The position numbers were made by a program, and so were the translations under genes. From the NCBI GenBank assembly GCA_024679065.1, contig JAGIQG010000016.1, forward strand, positions 12,648,001 through 12,712,000: a DNA stretch of 64,000 nt. Reading direction: 5' to 3'. Shown here piece by piece: positions 1-12,884 of this stretch. Position 1 is the stretch's first letter; every line of letters begins with the position of its first letter. The notes beneath the pieces were generated by a model that worked only from the letters and a program-made list of their open reading frames with translations, made no database searches and was not told the DNA's origin. The DNA comes from Sphyrna mokarran (taxonomy: Eukaryota).

Positions 1-182
1 TGGACTGCGCATCTCTGTTTTCAAGTGATCTCTTGTATTCAAAAACATCAGCAAACGATATATTGCTATCCGAATACGTTTCTGATTTTTTTTTCCTCCT
101 GTTGTCCCATGCAGTTGTGTAATCGTCTTATTGAAAATCCCCCTTCTATTTTGTTTTTCCTTCTTGCCACGATTTTCTTCAC

Positions 183-905
183 CACTGGGACGTGGGCTTC
201 GCTGACTGGCCAGCATTTATTGTCCATCCCTAGTTACCCTTGGGGACGTGGAATTGAGCTGCCTTCATGAATTGTTGCAGTCCCCGTAATGCAATTTGAA
301 CCACAATGCCGGTATGAAGGGAATGACCCAGCGACTGGGAAAGCACGGCTATATTATCCCAAGGGTGGCTTGAAGCGGAACATGCACGTGCTGGTGTTCA
401 CATGTAACTCCAGCCCTTGTACTTCCAGATGGAATTTGTCGTAAGTTTGGAAGGTTCTGCCGAAAAATATTTGTGAATTGCTAAGTCCATCTCGTCTGCA
501 GTGGCAAACTACCGCTATTGAGTGTCGGTGGTGGAGGGACTGAAATTTCTACATACTTTGCCAATCAAGTAGCTTTTTTAAAAAAGTTTGGATGGCATCA
601 AACATCTTGAGTGTTTTTGGAACTGCACCATCCAGATAAATGTGGCGTATTTCATCACAATCTTGACTTACGACTTGTATATGGTGGGTAGGATTTGGGG
701 AGTCTGGAGATGAGTTAGTCGCCACAGTATTCCTCGCCACTGAGCGCTATATATAGTTTCTGTATTAATGTGGCGAGTTTTTGGCCAACAGTAACCCCAG
801 CATTTTGATATGGAGAATTCAGTGATGTATCATCACTGAATGTCAAGGGATAGTTGTCATGGTGCTTCTTTTAGGTGCTGCCATTTGTGTGCCATGAATG
901 TTACT
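183..905 (-). mobile_element. Decayed 3' fragment of a shark-type LINE (CR1/L2 group)
   Basis: Starts with 'GGCCAGCATTTATTGTCCATCCCTAGTTACCC', which I recognise as a common elasmobranch LINE 3' end in reverse. A similar motif ends the SINE at ~43250. No intact ORF. Confidence 0.45.
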
Positions 906-2446
906 TTTTGTTCAGTCATTCTTCATTCATACACCGAATCACGTTGGTGCTAAATTGGCCCAAGCCTGCTTAAATTGAATTGCTGACTTTAGATTTTCCA
1001 CATATCACAGATCTGGTTGAAATATACAAAATTGCATAAGATTTTCGTTATCGTTCGAGTGGCAATTGCATTTTTATACATCACATTACACATTTTAACC
1101 TTAGTTCCTATTATAAGTTGCAAACTGGATAGAATGTTATGCCAAAATATAATGGTTTCTTGGTCATAGTTAGAACTCTAACTTAACATTTCTATTCAAC
1201 TCGAATTGCACCACTGCCTCGTTCGGAATCAAAACGCTGTATAACCCTTGATTTAAGAATATATACCCAATGACAGCACAATTACCCCAACCACTTTGAA
1301 AATCGACATATCTACACACATACTTCATTGTCAAAAATTGACGAATTATTCTTAATATGTCATGAACTTTCCATTCAATAATTCACACATAAATTTGGAA
1401 GTTCATTGGGGCTACCTTCAAGAGCCTACTTGTTAATTTCCGAAATAAAAGGCATCGCCTTTATTTAGCATCTCTAATTTTCATCAATACCCCTGGTGTT
1501 AATCATTGTTAGTAACCAACACCGCTGCCGCCATCCCAGAATACTGAGTACCCATCTAATCGGAGATTCAGCACTCCAATTTGGCTGTCTGAACTTTGAT
1601 CCGAAGAGTGAAAGTATTTTCTGCCGAGGACGGCAATTTATAATCCCATCTCCCCCACCAATGCACAACCTGTACGTTGTCGCAATCGCAGTGGAGTAGG
1701 ATGGATGTGCTTGAACTCCCCAATTGACACGTGGTTTTGATCATTCTACAGATTTTTTTTTTCCATCCGGCGAACCACACGAAACATAAGCTGTTTCGGC
1801 TTATGTCAAAGATGTCTTGTTCTGTTGACGAGATCGTTTATAACAGATTCTGCGCCCTGTTAAACTGCAGATTAAACATTCCTATTCTCCTGTTTGACAC
1901 GGCACTCGCCCAGAAATTTAAAATAATCAGGTCCTGCACTTCAACATACTTAACGGTTATCTGCTCAATAGCACATCCGTTCCCATCTTTATGCTATGCT
2001 TCATTTTCATAGGTCGGACCTCCTTCACATTCCGCTTGAAATGCCTCCTCGTCTGCCTCTTAATTGAGTGCGTCATTCACACGCACTCTGCCAATCGGCT
2101 GTACGATATCACGAGGTTTGTTATGCTTCAGAATGAACTATTCTTATCGTTACAAGTAATGCACTGTGTAACTCAGAACTTGTTTTGAATCCAATAACTG
2201 AATACTGTTTAATACTGAATACATTTAATACTGGGCAGATTCGAAAATTATTCTGATGGTAGCGACTAATTCGCTTGGAACAACTGCTCCACTTCTTAAA
2301 AATAATCACGTAAAGTTCGTTAAAAAAATGAAAAGAACGCACCGATTTCCTTGAAATGAGGCATGCAATCATTATTTAATACGTACCCTTTGATCTTAAC
2401 TTTTCATTGAACTCTTCCAGCTCTGAAACACATGCCGTGGCATTGT

Positions 2447-2935
2447 GTCATACAGTCATAGTGTCATAAACGTTTACATCATGGAAACAAGCCCTTCGTC
2501 CAACTTGCCCATGCCGGCCCTTTTTAATCTCTAAAATACTCCCAATTGCCTTCATTTGGCCCTTATTCCTGAATACGCATCTTACACATGCAACTTTCTG
2601 AACGTTTTTTCTTTAACTTGTACCCGTGTCTATCACTGCCTCTGATAGGTTATTCCAGGCACTCACCACCCTTGTGTGAAAAGAACGTGTCCCTGTGAGC
2701 GCATTTGCCAGCCTCCCTTCTCGTCCTCAACCTACATGTACTAGTTTTAGTCACCAGTACCTTTGGAAGAAAGTATTGACTATCATGCTGATCAGTCCCC
2801 CTCGTTATTTTATGGCACTCTGTAAGAGCTTCCTTTGCTCCAGAGAGAAAAGAAAAAATGTCCCCATCTATCCATCCTCTCCTTATAACGCAAGCTATCA
2901 AGTCACGGCAGCTTCCGAGTAAATCATTTCTACGA
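2447..2935 (-). mobile_element. CR1 LINE 3' fragment (decayed)
   Basis: Reverse CR1 tail: (GTCATA) repeats, then 'ATGGAAACAAGCCCTTCGTCCAAC'. 'TTCCAGGCACTCACCACCCTTGTGTGAAAAG' is the reverse of the FFTQRVV..WN C-terminal ORF2 motif. Confidence 0.75.
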
Positions 2936-3334
2936 ACATACTAGTAAGTCTTTTAAAACATTATGCATTGACTAATACGATATTTACATTAGCATTGCTG
3001 CAATTTCCCACGACAGTTAAACACTTATATCCTAATCAATTTAAAACAGGTTTATACTTTGGGCAAATAATCTAAAATAAAACATTTTTTGTTTAATTAG
3101 TGTTCCCTTCAGCAAATGAAGCGGAAATTAAAGAAATGATTTAACATTGCTCATACCAATTATTGAACGGTATAATGATAACTTAGGACAGAAACAAAAT
3201 ATCATTTCAATGTTAAAGTGTAATGTCAGATGGGAAATCTCGACGGGGGATGTGCATCTTTGGAGTCACTCACGAGTTAGTCTAAATTTCAACTTGAATG
3301 TCAGTGGCAGATATTGTGCATCTGCAGTTAGGTA

Positions 3335-5960
3335 AGCGTGGGAATTCCAGGAAATACATCGCATTGATGTGGACTTGTCTGCTGAGGTAGTGTGGGCTGA
3401 GATTAGAAACAAGAAAGGAGAGTTCACACTGTTGGGAGTTTTTTATAGGCCTCCAAAAAGTTCCAGAGAAGTAGAGGAAGGGATTGCAAAGTTGATCCTG
3501 GACAGGTGTGAAAGTAACAGGGTAGTTGTAATGGGGGACTTTAACTTTTCTAATATCGATTGGAAAAGCTATAGTTCACGTAAGTTAGAGGGGTCAGTTT
3601 TTGTTCAATGTGTGCAGGAAGGTTTCATGACTCAGTATGTAGGTAGGCCAACAAGAGGTGAGGCTTCATTGGATTTGGTATTGGGTAATGAACCAGACCA
3701 GGTGTTAGACTTGGAGGTGGGTGAGCACTTTGGTGATAGTGACCACAATTCGGTTACGTTTACCTTAGTGATGGAAAGGGATGGGCATGTACCGAATAAC
3801 AGTAGTTATAGCTGGGGGAAAGGTAATTATGAGGCTGTTAGGAGAGATTTAGGATGCATAGGATGTTGCAGGATATTGCAGGGGCTGGGGACATCTGAAA
3901 TGTGAAGCATATTTAAGGAACAGCTTCTGCATGTCCTTAATGAATATGTACCTGCCAGGCAGGGAGGAAGTTGTCGAGTGAGGAAACCATAGTGTACTTG
4001 GGAAGTTGAATCTCTGGTGAAGAGGAAGAAGGAGGCTTATATAATGATGAGACGTGAAGGCTCAGTTAGGGCAATGGAGAGCTATAAATCAGCCAGGAAG
4101 GAGCTAAAGAGAGAGTTGAGAAGAGCTAGAAGAGGACAGGAGAAGACGTTGGCGGATAGGATTAAGGAGAATCCTAAAGCTTTTTACAGGTATATAAATA
4201 ATAAAAGAATGGTAAGGGCAAGATGAGGGCCAGTCAGAGATAGCAGTGGGAAGTTGTGCGTGGAGCATGAGGAGATAGGAGAGACACTGAATGAGTATTT
4301 TTCTTCAGTATTCACGCAGGAGAAAGACAATGTTGTCGGGGAGAATACTGCGATACTAGGTTGTAGACTGGGCAGGATTGAGGTTCATAAGGAGGAGGTC
4401 TTAGCGAATCTTGAGGGTAATGAAAATTGATAAGCCCCCTGGGCCAGATGGGATTTACCCCAGGATTCTCTGGGAGGCTAGAGAGGCTTTTGCAGAGCCT
4501 TTGGCTTTGATCTTCATGTTGTCGTTAACTACAGGTATTATGCCGGGGAACAGGAGGATGGCAAATGTTGTCCCTTTGTTCAAAAAGGGGAGTAGGGACC
4601 ATCCTGGAAATTATAGACCGGTGAGCCTGACTTCTGTTGTGGGCAAGGTCTTGGAAAGAATTATAAGGGATAGAATTTGGAAGCATCTAGAGAGAAATAA
4701 ATTGATTAGGGATAGTCAGCACGGTTTTGTGAAGGGTAGGTCGTGCCTCACAAAGCTTATTGAGTTTTTTGAGGAGGTGACCAAAGAGGTAGATAAGGAT
4801 AAGGCAGTTGATGTAGTGTATATGGATTTTAACAAAGCGTTTGATAAGGTTCCCCATGGTAGGCTACTGCAGAAAGTGCAGCTGCATGGGATTGAAGGTG
4901 ATTTAGCAGTCTGGATTAGGAATTGGCTAGCTGATAGAAGACAGGGGGTGGTGGTTGATGGGAAATATTCAACCTGGAGTGCAGTTAGACGTGGTGTACC
5001 TCAAGGATCTGTTTTACTGCTGATTGTCATTTTTATAAATGACCTAGATGAGGGTGTAGAGGGTTGGATTAGTAAATTTGCTGACGATACCAAAGTGGGG
5101 GGAGTTGTAGACAGCGAGGATGGATGTTACTGTTTGCAGAGGGACGTAGATAGGTTGCAGAGCTGGGCCGTGAGGTGGGAAATAGAACTCAATACGGATA
5201 AGTGTGAGGTGATTCACTTTGGTAGGAATAAAAGGCGTATGAAATATAGGGCTAATGGAAGGACCCTTAATAGTGTTGTCGAGCAGAGGGATCTTGGGGT
5301 ACAAGTCATGTCTCTTTGAAAGTTGGCACCCAGGTTGATAAAGTTGTTAAGAAGGCGTACGGTGTGTTAGCTTTTATTGGTAGAGGGATTGAAATTAGGA
5401 GCCGTGAGGTTATGTTACAACTGTACAAAACTCTGGTGAGGCCGCACTTGGAGTATTGCGTACATTTCTGGTCACCGCATTTTAAGAAAGATGTGGAAGC
5501 ATTGGAAAGGGTGCAGAACAGGTTTACCAAGATGTTGCCTGGTATGGTGGGAAGGCCTTATAAGGAAAGGCTGAGGGACCTGAGGTTATTTTCATTAGAG
5601 AGAAGAAGGTTACGCAGTGACCTAATTGAGGCGTATAAGATCATCAAGGGATTGGATAGGGTGGATAGTGAGAGCCTTTTTCCTCGGATGGTGATGACCA
5701 ACACGAGGGGGCATAACTTTAAATTAAGAGGTGGTAGTTATAGGACGGATGTCAAGGCAGGTTCTTCACACAGAGGGTGGTGAGGGCGTGGAATGCCCTG
5801 CCTGCAGCAGTTGTGGACTCGCCACTTGGGGGGCATTCAAATGTTCGGTGGATAGGCATATGGATGATATTGGAATAGTTTAGGTTAGAGGGTCCACTGG
5901 CCGGCGCAACATCGAGGCCGAAGGGCCTGTACTGCGCTGTAATGTTCTATGTTCTATGTT
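3335..5960 (+). mobile_element. CR1 (HER1-like) LINE, 5'-truncated, ORF2 (APE endonuclease + RT) broken by stops and frameshifts
   Basis: ORFs 3369-3905 (YRPP, MGDFN, LDLVL, SDHN endonuclease motifs), 4411-5319 (PGPDG, NYRPVSLTS, KAFDKV, GVPQGS, KFADDTK) and 5316-5783 (LYKTLVRPHLEY). 3' tail 'GGCCGAAGGGCCTGTACTGCGCTGTAATGTTCTATGTTCTATG'. Confidence 0.96.
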
Positions 5961-6372
5961 TTATCACCTGAAAATATACCTCATATTGAACGATACCTAA
6001 AATAATTCAGGCTGAGGGAAGTACACAATCTAGTTCTCCCTGTTGCATACATCAAGGAAATTAATTTCTGGCAGATTGAAAGTGATTGAAAAAACTATTA
6101 TGAAACAAAATAATCTATGAGCGTCAGTGAAACCCTCAAAAACGCAATCAGCACGTGAATATTCGGTAAACGGCGGACAATCGCTACCAGCAATGTTAAG
6201 TGATGGAAAACACACAATTTCTCATACTCTGAACTAATCATACATGTGTGCTAGCTGATGAGAGTGGTCACCTTGGATTAATTAAGGGTGGATGTTAATT
6301 AAATAAACTCTTGATATTTTGCCTTAAAGTTTAGCAGTCTTTTCTTGGTAATTAATGGGTAGACATTCCAGC

Positions 6373-9300
6373 CCACAAGACCATAAAACATAGGGGAGAA
6401 TTAAGCCACTCAAACCATTGAGTCTGCTCTGCCTTTCAATCATGGCTGATGTCCTTCCCATCCGCATTCTCCTGCCTTAACCCCATAACCCCTGATCCTC
6501 TTATTGATCAAGATCATATTTATCTCTGTCCTAAAGATACAACAATGTATTAAATGACTGGACCTCCCCTGCCTTCTGCAGCAAAGAGTTCCACAAATTT
6601 GCCACCTGCTGGCTGAAAAAGCTCCTCCTCAATTCTGTATAAAGAATCGTCCCTTTAGCCTGATATTGTTTCCTCTGGTACTATTCTGTTTCTTGCTGAT
6701 GGAACCATCTACTGTACGTACACTCTATGAAGCCTCAAAATATCGTGTACAGCTTTTTTTAAAATTAAGATCTCCCTCATCCGTTTTTAATTTTCAATAA
6801 ATGGAACCCGGAATCCCAAACCATTACACAAACGGCAAGCCCTTCACTCAAGGGATTAATCCTTTGAACTTCTTCCGACATTTCCATGGCCCAAACATCC
6901 ATCCTCAGCTACAGGTCCCAAAACTGCTTACAATATTCCAAGAGGGCTCCAACACCAGTCTTAAACAACCTCATAAATGTATCCCTGCTCTTGTATTCTA
7001 GACATTTAGATTTGAATTCTTACTTTGAACCTGCCTTCCTAAGTGCTGGCTGAACCTGAACAGTAACATTAAGAGAGTCTTGAACAATTCACCTCGGGCT
7101 TCAGGTTTCATAAGCATTTCCAAATATTGAAAAAATGATTATGTCTCCATTCTTCCTTCCAACGTGCCTAAGCTCACACTTTTCCGCATTGTAATTCACC
7201 CATGACTTTTCTGCCTACTTTCCTAATCTGTTCATGTCCTTCTACCGACCCACAGCTTCTTCAATTCGAAGTGTTCCCCTCTATGTGTTTGCATCATCTG
7301 CAAACTTGTCAATAGTTCTTTCTTCCAGATCTTTGAAATATACTGCGAAACGTTGTAGTGAGCACCGACCTTCTGTGGCAATCCATTATCGCCGGCTGTC
7401 AGCCTTAGAAAAAAATAACGATCCACTAATCTCTACACGCTGCCTTCTGCCAATAAGGCAAACATCTATCGAAGCCAGGATCTTCACCTTAACACTATAG
7501 GTTCATAACATATTTTAGAAGTTTCCCATACAACAAGTTGTCAAAGTTATTCTGGAATTCCAAATAAATCATGCCCACTCCGTTGTTTAACTTTCCATTC
7601 CCAACTCAAATAACTCCAACCAAATTTCACACACTACTTCCCCTTGACTAAGCCGTGTTGACTCAGCCCTATTTAATCATGAACTTCGAAGTACACCGCG
7701 ATATCTTCTTTAATAACATTCTTAAAATATTGCCAATGACTGAAGCCAGGCTAACCAGCTATAAATTGTCTTCGCTGCCTCCCTTCCTTGTTAATCTTTA
7801 GTGTTGCATTTGTTACTTTCTTGTTCTCTGGGGCCTTCCCTGCCTCCAGTGATTCCTGGACAATCACCATCAAACCACCGAAACTTCCTCAGCAACCTGT
7901 TTTTAATATGCTGGGGTGTCGTCCATTCGGTCCTAATGACGTATCCATCTTCAGACCATTCAGTTTCCACAGAACCTTCTCCTTAGTGATGACCACTGCA
8001 CTTAGCTGTGGCCCGTCATGCTTCTGGAGTTTTGGCGTCCCACTGCTGCCTTCCACCATAAGGAGTGATGCAGAGAAACTATTTAGCTCTTCTATCATTT
8101 CATTGTTTATTACTATTACTTCTCCAGCGTCGTTTTCCACCGTTTCAATGTTTATATTTGCCTCCGTCTTAAATCTTATACATCGAAAAAATGAACTCTT
8201 GTTTGTTTTCATATTACGAGCTAGCTTAAACTCGCATTCGATCGGCTCATTTTTTTTTCAGATATCCTTTGCTCGCTTTTAAAGTCTTCCAATCTCTGGC
8301 TTCCCAATGGTACTTTCAATGATGTGCGTTTTTGTTTTGGTTTGCTTTTATCCTGCCGTTGAGATCCAATGCCTATCATAGATGTTCACACTCCCCACAA
8401 TATGATTTTGTTTTTCCTCCTTCGGCATAATGTTTGTTGCGCCTCCTGAATAATATTCCAAAACTCTTGTCATTGTCTTCCGAATTCTTCCCTATGAGGC
8501 TCCCTTTCCAAGAAACTCTGAGCAGCTCCTACCCATGCCTTTATAATTGCCTCTATTTATTTGTAATACCGTTGCATCTGTTTCCAGCTTCTTCCTCTCA
8601 AAATGGCAGGTGAACCTTATCATATTGTGGTAACTGCTACCCAATTGTTCCTTTACCTGAAATTCCCTTACCAAGTCTGCCACATTAGCATCAGCAAATC
8701 TTGAATTGCCTGTCCCATGTTAGATTTTGCCCAAGCAGCTCCAAAACAAAATCTCGTAGAATATTCGATAAATTCATTTTATTGGTAACAACGCTACCTG
8801 ATTTTACTAGTCGACCTGCATACTGAAATCCCCAATGATTACCTGAATATTGCATTTGTGTGTGCTTTTTCTATTTACTGATGTATTTGCTGCACGGCAT
8901 ACTGGCTACTGCTAGGTGGTCTGTACGTAATTCCCATCGAGATCATTTATCTTTGTGATTCCACTACTCTACCCATAAATATTCTATGCCTTCTGATCCT
9001 ATATCGTTTCTTGCTATCATTTTAAATTCAGTCCTTACAAAACAATGCAATCTCGCCCTTTTTCCCATCTGCCTGTTCTTTCCATAGAAATTATACTCGA
9101 ATATTTAGATCAGAGTCCTTATCCCCTTGCAAACTTGTCTCTGTGATGTCCATGACATCGTGCCAGCTAATTACGATTTGCACAACAATCTCATCTAACT
9201 GTTCCATATTTTGCACGCATTTAGGTACAACAGCCTCAGCCTTGAATTCACAACAGCCCATCATATATTTGATATCTTCTTTGCAGGGCTGCAGATAGAT

Positions 9301-10490
9301 TCCTGTCAAATTTGATATTCTCTGTTCTTTTATGTGTTCTGGAAACTTTATGAATCTCTTTTGAGACCTCGGCTCCTTCAACTAGTTGAAAACCGCCATC
9401 GGTAACCTGCACTTCGACAATTTCCTCTCATTTCGTTTCTGATATTCCATACAATTGAACAATCCTGGGGATGGGGAGGAGGTTCAAATCACTATCTGCA
9501 GGCCTAGTTGTACGATTCGCCAGGAACATGGTCCCAAAATGATTCAGATGAAGATCAACTCATCAAAGCAGGTCCCCTCTTTCCCAAAACTGCCGCCAAT
9601 GTCCCATCAAATCAGCCCGTTCGTTGCACACCAATCTTTGAGCCATACATTAACATCCTTAATCTTATTGAGCCAGTGATATTAGATCAGAGCTCATATA
9701 GTGATCTAGTGAATATTGTCTTTTCGACTCTGCTTTTTAATTTAGTTCCTAATTCTTCATTCTCCTTCAGCTGAAGCTCTGTTCCAGTTCTATCTATGAC
9801 GTTGGGACACAACAACCAGATTTTACCTTTTCACTCCAAATTCTTCTGTAGCCGAGATGAGGTTTCACGAATCCGAGCACCAGACAGACAGTACAACTTA
9901 GTTTATTCTCGATCCTGATCACAATGCTCTTGACTATTCTCTCCCCAATTACGACAGTTTTTTTTTTTCTCCCCCCACTTGAACGGCTCCCTGTACCACG
10001 CCTTTCCTGCAGTACTCGATGCCCCCATATAGGGAGCAATAATCTCGCCCCCGCCCACCCCGCACCCCGCAATTGAATGGCTCCCTGCGCCACGACGCCT
10101 TATTTTGTTTACTCACCCTTCCTGCAGTATTCGATGCCATTCATATAGGGAACAATAGCCTCGGATCTGTTGGACACGGTCACGAACTGAGGTTCTGAAA
10201 ACCCCACATCCTGGATCGCTCTAACTAATTCACACGCAGCCTCGCTTTTCGATCGCTGAGCAATGGCTTAATTCATGATATTTAATCTAAGGAGTTTAAC
10301 TTTGTTATGGACACTTTCTCCCACTTCCACTGAAGTGTCGCAGTGTCCGAAGCTCAGGATCCAGCTCATCCACTCTGAGTCGGAGTTTCTCAAGGAACCA
10401 TCACTTAGTGCCGACGTACGCATTGGGAACCCGAATGAAGTCCGTCAGTGCATGAACAACGCATCAACTGACCATCATCTCAGTCTTATC
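6373..10490 (-). mobile_element. Old, near full-length CR1 LINE including an ORF1 esterase-like region
   Basis: Reverse tail 'CACAAGACCATAAAACATAGG' at the left end. Minus ORFs 7889-8212 (KTNKSSFFRCI...ELNSFSAS...SLGPNG.HP.ILK) and 8492-8683 (LGSSYHNMI) match CR1 ORF2. 'VVIGERIVK' (in ORF 9794-10093) resembles the VVIGDSIVR SGNH-esterase motif of CR1 ORF1. Confidence 0.85.
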
Positions 10491-12511
10491 TAATTATTTT
10501 TAATTGTTCTTTTATTTTTTTTAATTTATCTTGTCTACTTTTTGTTATTTTCTCAAGTTTACCTCGTTATCAATACAAATTCTAACCAGTATTTAAGTGG
10601 ATTTTAAAATACAATTCAACTGCCTGTTAGTCAACCAAACCTCTGTGATATCACTTTTAGCTTTTTTAAAAAAAAACAAATACAGTGTCTTAATTCAGGG
10701 AATCAGCAGTAGTGTTTCGTACAACTCATCTCTTTCCGTTGTGGCTTCAGCTGGCTATTTCAAATTACTCCCCGTTTCTGCCAAACTCCAAAACACTCTC
10801 ACACCGTCAGGCACTACTCACCCTGCAGACAGAATAGCAATAATTTGTTTCTGCTTTTATAAATTTTAACCTGCAATGCTCGTTTGATTCAATTATACAA
10901 TTGAGCAGACGGAGTTGAATATCTTTTAGTCTCAGAGTAAGAAATCATAGACATTATCTTGCTGTAGAAAGTTTGGAGAGCTGAGAGGTGAATTTCAAAA
11001 TGTTTGAGAGTATTGTTGAAACAAAGGAGGCCGTGGACTTGAATGGAAGCCTCAGAATTTTAATCTGCATGTACGCATTGCCAGCGGAATATACTGATCT
11101 GGAGTTGAGGTTAGTATGGGAGTTTAGCAAAATGGAGAATAGTGGTATTACTGTTTCCTGTTCCATACTTTGCACTTTGAGGGACATTCCAAGACCAGAA
11201 TAAAACATAGTTACGATAATATGATAAGGTTCACTTGGCACTTTCAGGGACATTCCAAGACAAGGCTAAAATATGGAGTAAAATCACTCTGAAATTTTGG
11301 AGATCCAGATAGGCAGACACAATGATATGATGCAAAGAAGTGAACACCACAGTGCCATCATAGGAAAACTATAACAACATTGGTTAATATAAACCGAATT
11401 TAAAATGTCCTCTCTAAATTACTGTCAGATAAATGTTGAATAGATGAATTATAAGAAACTAAAAAAAAATCAGGATAACATTTAATAGAAAATTGAAACA
11501 AAATAGTGATTCGGGGTCAGTTGATGATTTGTACCAGGATTGATAGGCTGGTAGCCTGGGCACACAGATGGCAGATGGAATTCAATCCTGATAAATGTGA
11601 GGTGATGCATTTCGGGGGAAAGAATGTAGGGGAAAGGTATATGATAAAGGGTAGACCTATTAAGAATATAGAAACGCAGAGGGACGTGGGGGTGCAGGTG
11701 GACAAGTCTCTGAAGGTGGCAGAGCAAGTGGAGAAGGGTGAGAAGAAAGCATATAGTATGCTAGCCTTTATAGGAAAGGATATAGAGTACAAGAGCTGGC
11801 CTTTAATTTTGCAGTTATATAAAACACTGGTTAGGCCTCATTTGGAATACTGTGCCCAGTTCTGGTCGCCTTGCTACCGGAAGGACGTGAGGACTCTGGA
11901 AAGAGTGCAGAGGAGGTTTACCAGGATGCTGCCTGGTATGGAAGGTCTGAGTTACGAGGAGGGGTTAGGCAAATTGGGACTGTTTTCCTTAGAGTGACGT
12001 AGACTTAGTGGAGATGTAATAGAGGTGTACAAGTTTATGAGGGGTATAGATAGAGTAAACAGTGTTAAGCTTTTTCCTGGGATGGACTCGAATAGCACGA
12101 GGGGTCACGGGCTTAGGGTGAGGGGGGTAAGGTATAATTTGGATGCTAGAGGGAGTTTCTTTCACACATAGGGTGGTGGGGGTATGGAATGCGCTGCCAA
12201 GTAAAGTGGTGGAGGCAAGTACTCTGGAGTTACTTAATAAGTACTTAGATAGGCACATGAACAGAATGGGAATGGAGGGGTATAGAAAACTGATTTAAAG
12301 TAGGGATCGTGAGCCTTGGGAGTCCCTGGGAAGTGTGTAAATAGATGATGATATTGATGTACTTGTTCTTATCCTACAGGTGCCTTGGTCCACCTTGTTG
12401 TCTAACGAGGGGCATACACGCGATGGATCGTGAGAGGACTCCTGTTGGGCCTTTTTCAAGAGTATCCTACTGCTTCACATCGTTAGTGTATGCTTGACCT
12501 GGACCATCTGA

Positions 12512-12705
12512 TGGGCAACATGACAGCGCAGTGACTATCTGCACTGCTGTGCTGTGCAGATACATGGATTTGGGCCTGAGCCTGTGGTAGTTTGCGCATT
12601 CTCCCCGTGCTTGCGTGGGTTTTCTCCCGGAGCTCCGGTTTCCTCCCACATCACAAAGATGTGCTCTTAGGCTAATTGGCAAAACAAATTCTCCCTAAAT
12701 TGTCT
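12512..12705 (+). mobile_element. HE1-like SINE domain (degenerate tRNA head + central domain) inside the CR1 3' UTR
   Basis: 'GTTTGCGCATTCTCCCCGTGCTTGCGTGGGTTTTCTCCCGGAGCTCCGGTTTCCTCCCACA' is the same central domain seen in the free SINEs at ~32195, ~40812 and ~59348. Confidence 0.85.
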
Positions 12706-12750
12706 CAAATTTGGTTTTTAATCCATAGATCTATAAACATGGACAGGGGT

Positions 12751-12884
12751 AATGTATTTGTTGTAGTACCTATCATGGCCTCGGCGTAAAGCCGCCAGCA
12801 TGCCGTTGGGTGTGATATCCCGTGCAGTGATCCATCGGGAAAGTTCCCCCAGCTTCATGTCCATCAACGCTTCTCGGCGACAGG
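12751..12884 (-). pseudogene. ATP5MF: Fragment of ATP synthase membrane subunit f coding sequence, probably retro-processed
   Basis: Minus strand reads PVAEKR/(1-nt frameshift)LMDMKLGELSRWITARDITPNGMLAALRRGHDRYYNKYI. This matches subunit f as I recall it (human ...KKLLEVKLGELPSWILMRDFSPSGIFGAFQRGYYRYYNKYINVKK). Start, C-terminal transmembrane part and stop are missing. Confidence 0.9.

Noticed and set aside
11172-11280. Short direct repeat GCACTTT.AGGGACATTCCAAGAC (two copies)
   Set aside because: Only two units, consistent with a simple tandem duplication. Not a CRISPR-like array, and the DNA is eukaryotic.
12345-12511. C box (ATGATGA) and D box (CTGA) suggesting a C/D snoRNA
   Set aside because: No terminal stem, long spacing, and no rRNA guide that I recognise. 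The pseudoknot model explains the region better.
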